Of a stretch of DNA of 28,857 bases, positions 19,092 through 25,505 are shown in pieces (positions within the stretch are counted from its first letter, which is position 1; every line of letters starts with the position of its first letter). Under the pieces are notes generated by a model, which saw only the letters and a program-made list of their open reading frames with translations, was not told the DNA's origin and made no database searches. The stretch is from a virus (Duplodnaviria > Heunggongvirae > Uroviricota > Caudoviricetes): the IMG/VR virus record IMGVR_UViG_2585427793_000015, positions 1 through 28,857 of that record. The stretch is one strand, 5' to 3'. A program made the translations under genes and the position numbers.

Positions 19092-19303
19092 GTTTTCCTC
19101 CTGCGTTCCCGAATATGCTGACAGTCAATACAGGTCACCACATCCGGCAGCGCCGCAAGGCGTTGTGCCGGAATAACGTTCCCACAGTCATTGCAGCAGC
19201 CCCGACTATGGGGCGCTTCTTTTGTCCGCGTCTGCCAGGCGTTAACGACGCTCTGACGTTCGTTCATAACCACTTCACTGATGCGGTCGATTTCGTCGGT
19301 CAT
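19076..19303 (-). CDS. TraR/DksA-family C4 zinc-finger protein
   Basis: 75-aa ORF with a CxxC-N17-CxxC motif (CNDCG...CIDCQ), the hallmark of the TraR/DksA family. Confidence 0.75.
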   Translation of the reverse strand: MTDEIDRISEVVMNERQSVVNAWQTRTKEAPHSRGCCNDCGNVIPAQRLAALPDVVTCIDCQHIRERRRKTCPGK

Positions 19304-19908
19304 TTCGGCCCCGCAGAGATTTTGTGACGGCTCGATTTGCTGTACCGGGCAAAGCCGTCCATGGTTCTTACTCCGAGATAGCCCAGCGCCGGGGTAAGCA
19401 ACATCAGCGTGATATCCCAGTCCGGTGACGGCATATGCAGTGTGATACCTCTGGCACCGGCAATGGCTCCGGCAATCTGGCCACAGGAGAGCAACAGCAC
19501 ATAGGTCAGACTGCTGTAACAGGAAAGACGGGCCAGCAGCGGGCGCGTCTGGCGCACATAGCTGTCCGCAGCGTTGTCACCATTGCGGATGGTTTCCTGC
19601 TGTTCGTGATGCGCGGCCTGCTCGTCAGCCAGCACCAGCTTCTGCCGTTCCACCTCAAGCTGTTGTAACTGGACTTTCAGCGTTTCCAGTTGCATCAGTT
19701 GCTCCGGTGACAACGCCGTCAGTTGTTGTTCCAGAATGCGTTGCTGTTCGGTAACCGGCAGGCTTTCCCGGACGCTTTCCACCATACCGGCCACCGAGTC
19801 AGCGGCGGCAGATGTGCTACCACCAAACCAGCGCCCGACGGAACGAATCAGCCCCGGCCCGGCTTTCAGCAGAACAGAGGCGATGCCTGAAAGGGTTAAC
19901 GGATCCAC
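19300..19908 (-). CDS. Membrane protein with central coiled coil and C-terminal TM helices (3TM-holin-like)
   Basis: Start reassigned to GTG at 19908, which has a perfect GGAGG 6 nt upstream (TGGAGGTTTCCCGTG); N-terminal DPLTLSGIASVL segment, Gln/Glu-rich coiled coil, two C-terminal hydrophobic helices. Confidence 0.5.
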   Translation of the reverse strand: MDPLTLSGIASVLLKAGPGLIRSVGRWFGGSTSAAADSVAGMVESVRESLPVTEQQRILEQQLTALSPEQLMQLETLKVQLQQLEVERQKLVLADEQAAHHEQQETIRNGDNAADSYVRQTRPLLARLSCYSSLTYVLLLSCGQIAGAIAGARGITLHMPSPDWDITLMLLTPALGYLGVRTMDGFARYSKSSRHKISAGPK

Positions 19909-20321
19909 GGGAAACCTCCATACAGATAACGCTGAAGACAGAGCAGACCGCCGCAACTGCCACCACACAGCCAGAACACCGGATGCACCGGTGACATCAT
20001 CATCAGCGAGCCGAAGACGCAGCAGAAATATCCCAGCGCCCAGACCACCCATGACCACACGATGATGTGGCGACCAAAAGCCCGGTAACGGACCTCAGGC
20101 AGCAGGCGAAATGACGCATTCCCGAGGCTTGCGCTGTATGAAAACAACACCACCCCGGCAAAGGACAACAACATCAACACGAACGATCGCCAGCCACATA
20201 ACATGCTGATGATGAACATGCAGAGTGTCAGTCCGGCCAGCGGCCATGGCGTTCTCATCAGTCGGGAACAAATCAGCCAGTCACACGGTTTTAAAATTTT
20301 GTTCATTACCTTTTTCCACAT
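19896..20321 (-). CDS. Multi-pass small membrane protein (holin candidate)
   Basis: Start trimmed to an internal Met (MWKKVMNKIL); 3-4 predicted TM helices; start is uncertain (20321 or 20306). Confidence 0.45.
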   Translation of the reverse strand: MWKKVMNKILKPCDWLICSRLMRTPWPLAGLTLCMFIISMLCGWRSFVLMLLSFAGVVLFSYSASLGNASFRLLPEVRYRAFGRHIIVWSWVVWALGYFCCVFGSLMMMSPVHPVFWLCGGSCGGLLCLQRYLYGGFPWIR

Positions 20322-20532
20322 TGAATTTTTCCCTGTACTTCTGGCACTGCCAGAAAATGTCCCGTGTATCCACGGAGTTCCAGCCACGCATGTAGTAGCT
20401 GGCGTGTGTACCGTCATGACCGGTATAGTCCACCGGCTCTGGCGGCGGACCTCCGGCCATACGATGTAAAACCTCCTGACGCAGGCGGTCACGCCGCCCG
20501 GCTCTCAGCGAGGCATCCCAGCCTTTACCCAT
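20281..20532 (-). CDS. Hypothetical protein, coupled to the endolysin
   Basis: 83-aa ORF whose ATG lies 1 nt after the endolysin TGA (GGGGTGATATG); no TM segment. Confidence 0.4.
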   Translation of the reverse strand: MGKGWDASLRAGRRDRLRQEVLHRMAGGPPPEPVDYTGHDGTHASYYMRGWNSVDTRDIFWQCQKYREKFNVEKGNEQNFKTV

Positions 20533-20533
20533 A

Positions 20534-21130
20534 TCACCCCCGCGTGGCGGACATGATGCCTAAAGGGGTATCGATGATTTCCAGACAGGCGTCGGTCAGC
20601 TTTTCCATGCGGTTAAACCAGCCGTTCAGGTATTTACCCTGGGCGGGTTTTGACTTGATGATGTCGGCATAAAAGCGGGAACGACGGACAATGCAGCGGG
20701 CCAGCAACCAGTCCGGGGTGGACAGACTCACGGCCTTACGGGTACGCGGGCCGATGATGCCGTCAGCATCCACATCAGCGGCTTCCTGCAAAATCCTGAT
20801 AGCTTTTTTAACGCCATGCTGAACGGCTGCATCGAACACAAAGATCGCCACGCCATCAGGCCACTGATCACATCCGGCAGGCAGCCAGTAATCGCGCCAG
20901 TAAATCTGCGCGACCTGTTCGCGGGTTAAATCCCTGATGCGGGTATCCGGTTTACCGTCGCCGCTGACATCGGTTTTGCCGTCAATCACACCGTCGCGGC
21001 GGTCAGAAATGCCGTATTTGGTTTCGCCGCCACGGTCAGTGGGGTCATTGACATAGACGCCTTCGATATCGGGACGCTGAATAAAATTCAGCGCATGTTC
21101 AAAGGCCGGGGAGAATTTTTGATTTTCCAT
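20534..21130 (-). CDS. Endolysin, glycoside hydrolase family 108-like with peptidoglycan-binding C-terminal region
   Basis: 198-aa ORF with an N-terminal EGVYVNDPTDRGGETKYGIS motif (GH108 consensus EGGYVNDP.D.GG.T..GIT) and C-terminal DG.IGP.T pattern; first gene after the intergenic hairpin/T-run element. Confidence 0.8.
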   Translation of the reverse strand: MENQKFSPAFEHALNFIQRPDIEGVYVNDPTDRGGETKYGISDRRDGVIDGKTDVSGDGKPDTRIRDLTREQVAQIYWRDYWLPAGCDQWPDGVAIFVFDAAVQHGVKKAIRILQEAADVDADGIIGPRTRKAVSLSTPDWLLARCIVRRSRFYADIIKSKPAQGKYLNGWFNRMEKLTDACLEIIDTPLGIMSATRG

Positions 21131-21141
21131 AAAAGCACCTG

Positions 21142-21170
21142 TGAAGCAGATTTAAACGTGGTCTGCTTCA
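21142..21170 (-). promoter_or_regulatory. Inverted repeat TGAAGCAGA-N11-TCTGCTTCA in the endolysin leader
   Basis: Perfect 9-bp arms, 12-40 nt upstream of the endolysin ATG. Confidence 0.4.
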
Positions 21171-21185
21171 TAGTGCCGGAGGCAT

Positions 21186-21209
21186 AAAAAAAGCCGGATT
21201 TACCGGCTT
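21186..21209 (-). promoter_or_regulatory. Conserved dyad element AAGCCGG-N5-CCGGCTT plus T7 run, copy 1 (upstream of the endolysin)
   Basis: Perfect 7-bp inverted repeat with a 5-nt loop, followed on the minus strand by TTTTTTT; centred ~70 bp upstream of the endolysin ATG. Either a Rho-independent terminator closing the early operon or an activator site of a late promoter, or both. Confidence 0.6.
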
Positions 21210-21229
21210 CATTGAATTAAAAAAGATGA

Positions 21230-21709
21230 CTACTCATCACCTTTGATGGAGCAATCTATCATCATATTTTTCCCCATAGGGAGAAACTTTGTCTGAATGT
21301 GAAAGCCCAGAATCTTATACGTTAGTCCGTAACCTTTAACTTTTGCTGCGGAAGCCACCATGTCAATAACTCGTTCCTGCTGTTCTTCAGTTAATTGACC
21401 AATTACAGATTCAACAACCCGCGAACATGCAGCAAAGGAGGGCAGAGCGCCTACAGGATTATCATCAAAATCTTTTACAGTCGTCGTTGAACTAACGACC
21501 TTATTATTAATCATAAACAATCCAAACTTGCTGTGAGCAGTTTCGGTTCCACCGTTCTTAATTGAATCGCCCCCTTTAAGAGGCTTCCAGCTATTTAGTG
21601 CAATGAGGTCTTTTTCGGCCAGGCGTTTTTTGATTACCTCTTCAGAGGGCAGCTTTGCCGCATTAGCGCAAAATACGCTCAGTAAAAACATAAGAGGAAA
21701 GTATTTCAT
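21230..21709 (-). CDS. Secreted/periplasmic hypothetical protein (moron; occupies the position of Mu C)
   Basis: 159-aa ORF with a classic signal peptide (MKYFPLMFLLSVFCANA/AKLP); visibly AT-rich; start overlaps the mor stop as ATGA. Confidence 0.6.
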   Translation of the reverse strand: MKYFPLMFLLSVFCANAAKLPSEEVIKKRLAEKDLIALNSWKPLKGGDSIKNGGTETAHSKFGLFMINNKVVSSTTTVKDFDDNPVGALPSFAACSRVVESVIGQLTEEQQERVIDMVASAAKVKGYGLTYKILGFHIQTKFLPMGKNMMIDCSIKGDE

Positions 21710-22116
21710 GGCTCATCCTTAAATAGTTGCATTTGATATTTTCCACGCTCCAGCCTTCGCATTCTTTTGATGGCCTGATATACCGTTTTGTAGGTCACTT
21801 TGTAACGCTGCACCAACTCTGCTACGTTTTTTCCATCAAAATCACGCCAGATGCGCATGTCTCTGATCAGATTTTCCAGTATTTTCCCTTTCGGAACATA
21901 TACCTGAATCCCTCCGATATGATTGCAAATTGCCACTACCAGCTCAAGAGAGTGGGCAGGGTTAACACCAAGCCTTATCAGTTCCTGTCGCAGCAGAGCA
22001 TTCAGCTCTGAAAGTAGCGCCGGGTAAACATATTTTTCCTGATAATCGTGAAGATATTCCAGAACACTGTCGTCCCGGAAGTCTTCGAATAAATCCTGCT
22101 CTTTCATCTGTTTCAT
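21706..22116 (-). CDS. mor: Mor/C-family transcriptional activator
   Basis: 136-aa ORF with a C-terminal Mor/C-type HTH region (GGIQVYVPKG...IRDMRIWRDFDGKNVAELVQRYKVTYKTVYQAIKRM); ATGA-coupled to the gemA-like gene as in Mu. Confidence 0.8.
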   Translation of the reverse strand: MKQMKEQDLFEDFRDDSVLEYLHDYQEKYVYPALLSELNALLRQELIRLGVNPAHSLELVVAICNHIGGIQVYVPKGKILENLIRDMRIWRDFDGKNVAELVQRYKVTYKTVYQAIKRMRRLERGKYQMQLFKDEP

Positions 22117-22664
22117 ACAGCAATTCTCCCGCTGTTTCGTGCGCGGGCATACGCACTGGTCAGTGCATCATAGCCGCGCAGCTCCCGCCCGGTTTCGCTC
22201 ACAGGTAAAGGCACACCATGTCGGGCAAAGGCGTCCCGGATGCAGCGCATATGCCACTGTTTGAGCGTTTCGAGCACAACCTGCAACGATTCCCCGTGAC
22301 ACCAGGCCAGAGTGGAAACACCCTGACCGCCATTACGTCTGGCCGTCAGGCGTTCAACGTATTTGTCCAGCGCGGCGTCGCTGATATCGGAAACGAAACC
22401 ATCAAGAAACATCTGCTGCCAGATTTTGTAAATCTTCTCGCGTGGTGTGACATGCCCCTTAAAGCGACGGCGGGGATGTTTTTTCTGCTTCTTAAAACCG
22501 CGCTCTTTCATGGCATCGAGCACCTGTTCCAGTTGTGCGACGGACAGTTCGCGGCAACTGGTTTTGCCTGTGCACTGCACCAGAAAGGCGCGGTAAGTGT
22601 CATCGTCGAGTTGTAGATCACGCCGGGCGACATGAATTAATTTAATCAGGGATGTGCGACTCAT
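22113..22664 (-). CDS. gemA: GemA-like regulatory protein (Mu gp16 family)
   Basis: 183-aa ORF with N-terminal LIKLIHVARRDLQLDDDTYRAFL, typical of Mu gp16/GemA-like proteins; immediately upstream of mor. Confidence 0.7.
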   Translation of the reverse strand: MSRTSLIKLIHVARRDLQLDDDTYRAFLVQCTGKTSCRELSVAQLEQVLDAMKERGFKKQKKHPRRRFKGHVTPREKIYKIWQQMFLDGFVSDISDAALDKYVERLTARRNGGQGVSTLAWCHGESLQVVLETLKQWHMRCIRDAFARHGVPLPVSETGRELRGYDALTSAYARARNSGRIAV

Positions 22665-23064
22665 TTTGCCCCATCTCCTTCATGCAGTGTTTTTCCACCC
22701 ATGCCACACGACCAAGATTCAGGTGACACCTTTCAAACCTGCACTCTTCCTTGTAGTGCGCGCTGTCCTCATTGAAAGGCAATAATTCATCCAGTCCGTT
22801 CGCGATAAAATCTGTGCGCAATTGTTCTGCTGCATCTTCGCCGTATGCTCCGATGGATTCGAAATAACTATAAGCATTGCTACATAATCCAAAATACCGG
22901 ACAAATAATTCCCCCTCTGTTTCTGGTGCACCATTTTTTAACCACTGGTTATAGGCGACATAAAAATCATAAAGATGTTTTCTGGTAGTGACAGATGTGG
23001 ATTGAATTTCATTTTTCTCTGCGTTATTCATTTCGTAATACCTCTTCGCAATAAAAGATTTCAC
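22642..23064 (-). CDS. Hypothetical protein (AT-rich accessory gene)
   Basis: 140-aa ORF, visibly AT-rich, Tyr/Phe/Cys-containing; no recognisable motif. Confidence 0.5.
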   Translation of the reverse strand: MKSFIAKRYYEMNNAEKNEIQSTSVTTRKHLYDFYVAYNQWLKNGAPETEGELFVRYFGLCSNAYSYFESIGAYGEDAAEQLRTDFIANGLDELLPFNEDSAHYKEECRFERCHLNLGRVAWVEKHCMKEMGQNESHIPD

Positions 23065-23360
23065 TGGATGCCAACCGCTACCGGAGCCGGTGAATAATCA
23101 AGAATGAGATAGCGCAGGACGTGGTCGGTGATATTCCAGCCACTGGAGCCACAAATAAAACGTCCCAGCCGGATATCGATATACGCCATCACAAAACGGG
23201 GCATTCCCTGTTTGCACATCTCGTCGCCCACTTCTGCAACGATGTAAACCGACTCGCAGGTCAGTACGCCTGTCGCAAATTCTTTTGCCAGTGCCGGAAT
23301 AGCATTGCCTTCCAGCCAGGGCAAAGAGCGGCGGAACGCGCCATTGAGCATCATCAACAT
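23061..23360 (-). CDS. Hypothetical protein, possibly the C-terminal part of a frameshifted gene
   Basis: 99-aa ORF, ATGA-coupled to the downstream gene; frame stays open upstream to a stop at 23388-23390; see the overlapping 23098..23589 ORF. Confidence 0.4.
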   Translation of the reverse strand: MLMMLNGAFRRSLPWLEGNAIPALAKEFATGVLTCESVYIVAEVGDEMCKQGMPRFVMAYIDIRLGRFICGSSGWNITDHVLRYLILDYSPAPVAVGIQ

Positions 23361-23589
23361 CGGGATGTTCCGTTGTTGCGTTTCGTCTTACTGGCGGCGT
23401 CGGACGAGGGCGCGGAACGTCATAAAATCCGTTGCATTCTGTCAGCATTCCGGCATCAACCGCATCACGCAGGAAATACACCATTGACGAGGGAGGCATC
23501 TTCATTTTTTCAGCCAGAACGCCACAGGTCAGACGCCCGTAAGCCCGTAGTAATGTGCTGACACCGTTCAGAATTTTTGCATCAATCAT
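23098..23589 (-). CDS. ORF with a plausible N-terminal winged-helix-like domain (about 58 aa), then an Arg/Pro-rich tail that looks out of frame
   Basis: 163-aa ORF; residues 1-58 look like a real DNA-binding domain, the rest is low-complexity and overlaps the 99-aa ORF in another frame. Likely frameshift, pseudogene or sequencing error near 23390-23420. Confidence 0.3.
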   Translation of the reverse strand: MIDAKILNGVSTLLRAYGRLTCGVLAEKMKMPPSSMVYFLRDAVDAGMLTECNGFYDVPRPRPTPPVRRNATTEHPDVDDAQWRVPPLFALAGRQCYSGTGKRICDRRTDLRVGLHRCRSGRRDVQTGNAPFCDGVYRYPAGTFYLWLQWLEYHRPRPALSHS

Positions 23590-23687
23590 TTTTTATTTCT
23601 CAGATATCAGATTCAGGCGCGAGCAATCCCCTGACGCATCGCGCCATAATTAAAAGAGTGTGAATTAATTAAATATTAATGGTGGTA

Positions 23688-24212
23688 TTAAATACCGGCT
23701 TCCTGTTCAAATGGAATAATAGAAAAATCTTCAATGCCCGATTTAACTGTAATTCCGGCAACACCTGCGACCGCTTTCGGCTCCAGTAAAATCGCCTCCT
23801 TGTTGATTTCCTGTTTCGTGCGAATAAAACGTTGCAGGCCAAGACGCTCCAGCGTTTCCATTACCGCATCCACACCGCGAATACTTACTGATGGTGGGCG
23901 CTGACGCCATGACACATCACCGGTGACCAGGTTTGCCGTCTTCACCTTGCCGCCGTTCGTCAGTTCGTCACGGTTCGCTTCACACCATCCCTGAATGCCT
24001 TTTGAAAGGGTTTCAATACTGGTTTTAAGTGGCGCAATCTGTGAGGCGTATTTTTCTGTAATCTCGGCGATAGCGTCATTCATTTCCGTTTCAAGTCGTG
24101 CTGCTTCGCGTTGCAGGTCACCAATCCGGCGGATATCACATACCACGGCATCTCGGGATTGCGGAACATAAGTCGCTGCGGCGTTCCTGATTCGTTTTGC
24201 TGACTTAGCCAT
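23688..24212 (-). CDS. gam: Host-nuclease inhibitor Gam (Mu Gam / Ku-like)
   Basis: 174-aa ORF, the length of Mu Gam, with conserved-looking blocks (VPQSRDAVV.DIRRIGDLQREA.RLETEMNDAIAEITEK...GWCEANRDELTNGGKVKTANLVTGDVSWR); CAGGAGC ribosome-binding site upstream of the ATG. Confidence 0.9.
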   Translation of the reverse strand: MAKSAKRIRNAAATYVPQSRDAVVCDIRRIGDLQREAARLETEMNDAIAEITEKYASQIAPLKTSIETLSKGIQGWCEANRDELTNGGKVKTANLVTGDVSWRQRPPSVSIRGVDAVMETLERLGLQRFIRTKQEINKEAILLEPKAVAGVAGITVKSGIEDFSIIPFEQEAGI

Positions 24213-24232
24213 ATAAATAAAGCTCCTGTTAA

Positions 24233-24532
24233 TTAATATTCGCTGTATACAATACTGGATACAGCACGATTGCTTAATTCCATCTTTTGGGCAATGACAT
24301 GAATAGCCAGCCCTTCTTTATAAAGTTCACGACACAAATATTTGTCGCGCTCACTGATTTTGTATACACACAACGATATTCCGTACCTTCTGGCATGTGC
24401 CCGGAGAGCGGTTGTGGCAACGTTCAGTTTTTTCGCCATTTCCTCGACGGTCATTTTCCCGACACTGGCTTCGATAAATTCCCGGTCTTCGCGTGACCAG
24501 CGTTTACGATTGCACTTCATTCCGGTCACCAC
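24233..24532 (-). CDS. Small DNA-binding protein with two HTH-like segments (second one Mor/C-like)
   Basis: 99-aa ORF; MTVEEMAKKLNVATTALRAHARRYG and ERDKYLCRELYKEGLAIHVIAQKMELSNRAVSSIV, the latter loosely matching the RD..I...(F/Y)..G....(L/V)A...Y.(L/V)(S/T)...(I/V) pattern of the Mor/C C-terminus. Confidence 0.5.
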   Translation of the reverse strand: MVTGMKCNRKRWSREDREFIEASVGKMTVEEMAKKLNVATTALRAHARRYGISLCVYKISERDKYLCRELYKEGLAIHVIAQKMELSNRAVSSIVYSEY

Positions 24533-24952
24533 TCAGTACAACAGGGGGGCGCGCAGTGATGCCGGAATATGCCGCAGCGATAACTGAACCGCTTTCAGGG
24601 CAAGGGAAGAATACGTCCCCTGCGTCCAGCCATTCGCCATTCGCCGGTAATCGCGCCAGATGTTCTGCCACTGCTCCCGTGCGTCCGGGTCTGACGCGCT
24701 GATGTATTCGCGGTCCATGACGTATTCCCATAAATCCACATTGAAAGCATTGCCAAACGTAATGGCGCGGAATACCGCCTCTCCGCAATAACGCGCACAA
24801 ATGCTGTAATGGTCAAATGCAATCAGGTAAGTCTTTTCGCCATACCCCTCAACTTCGCGCGCGCAAATAAACTCGCGTAAGTCTCCGCCATTGTTATTAC
24901 GCATTTTGATTCGAATTAATGCCTGGATTTCGTTTCTGATTCTGGCGTTCAT
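24533..24952 (-). CDS. Hypothetical protein (early accessory region)
   Basis: 139-aa ORF with an AAAGGAA ribosome-binding site ~9 nt upstream of the ATG; abuts the downstream HTH gene with no gap. Confidence 0.5.
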   Translation of the reverse strand: MNARIRNEIQALIRIKMRNNNGGDLREFICAREVEGYGEKTYLIAFDHYSICARYCGEAVFRAITFGNAFNVDLWEYVMDREYISASDPDAREQWQNIWRDYRRMANGWTQGTYSSLALKAVQLSLRHIPASLRAPLLY

Positions 24953-24981
24953 TGTCAGCGTTCCTTTCAGTGACGTGTTCC

Positions 24982-25230
24982 TTAAACTGTCGTTGTTGTG
25001 ACACTGCCACCCGTGATGACGCCGTCATTTTTCAGAATTTCAATGGCCTCATGGGTTGACTCGCAAACAATATCCCGACTTTTTTCCAGAACCAGTAACG
25101 CTACCATGCCAGCGAGTGTACCTTTATCGCCGTCCAGCTCTGCACTGTGTTCTACGTTAATACTGGTACGTAAACGCTGCCCTTTAACTTCAGATGTCGC
25201 ATTTTTGATTTCGATAATGACTTTTGCCAT
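24982..25230 (-). CDS. Hypothetical protein (early accessory region)
   Basis: Start trimmed to Met19 (MAKVIIEIKN), preceded by GAGGAA 7 nt upstream; ~82 aa. Confidence 0.5.
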   Translation of the reverse strand: MAKVIIEIKNATSEVKGQRLRTSINVEHSAELDGDKGTLAGMVALLVLEKSRDIVCESTHEAIEILKNDGVITGGSVTTTTV

Positions 25231-25262
25231 TTTGTTATTCCTCACAAATAAATAAGCCGTTA

Positions 25263-25490
25263 TTAACGCCAGATAATCTGGCAACCATTAAGGCGGGCCG
25301 TCCATACGGAACGGGCAACCCCTGATTTATGCTCCATAATCCTGACAGCGTTTCTGACCAGCTCCGGTGGTGGGCAGGTAATTTCAAGCACCGGACGGGC
25401 CACGCCGAGATATGATTCATTTACGTGACTCCCGTGCGCCTGTAACCAGTTCTGCGCATCCGTTGCCATTTTTATATTTCGTGACATCAT
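25263..25490 (-). CDS. Small hypothetical protein directly after B (position of Mu kil)
   Basis: 75-aa ORF with an AAAGGA ribosome-binding site; positional analogy only, no sequence motif recognised. Confidence 0.4.
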   Translation of the reverse strand: MMSRNIKMATDAQNWLQAHGSHVNESYLGVARPVLEITCPPPELVRNAVRIMEHKSGVARSVWTARLNGCQIIWR

Positions 25491-25505
25491 GGTTTATGTC
25501 CTTTA

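Noticed and set aside
19300-20058. 252-aa version of the coiled-coil membrane protein ORF
   Set aside because: The upstream 50 codons overlap the preceding membrane-protein gene and lack a ribosome-binding site; the GTG at 19908 with a perfect GGAGG is the better start.
21962-22156. 64-aa minus-strand ORF spanning the gemA/mor junction
   Set aside because: Out of frame with both confidently called genes; no independent support.
23590-23687. AT-rich gap after gam with TTAATTAA palindrome and GGCGCGA/TCGCGCC stem
   Set aside because: Could be an internal promoter, IHF site or partial terminator, but nothing in the sequence distinguishes these; noted and not called.
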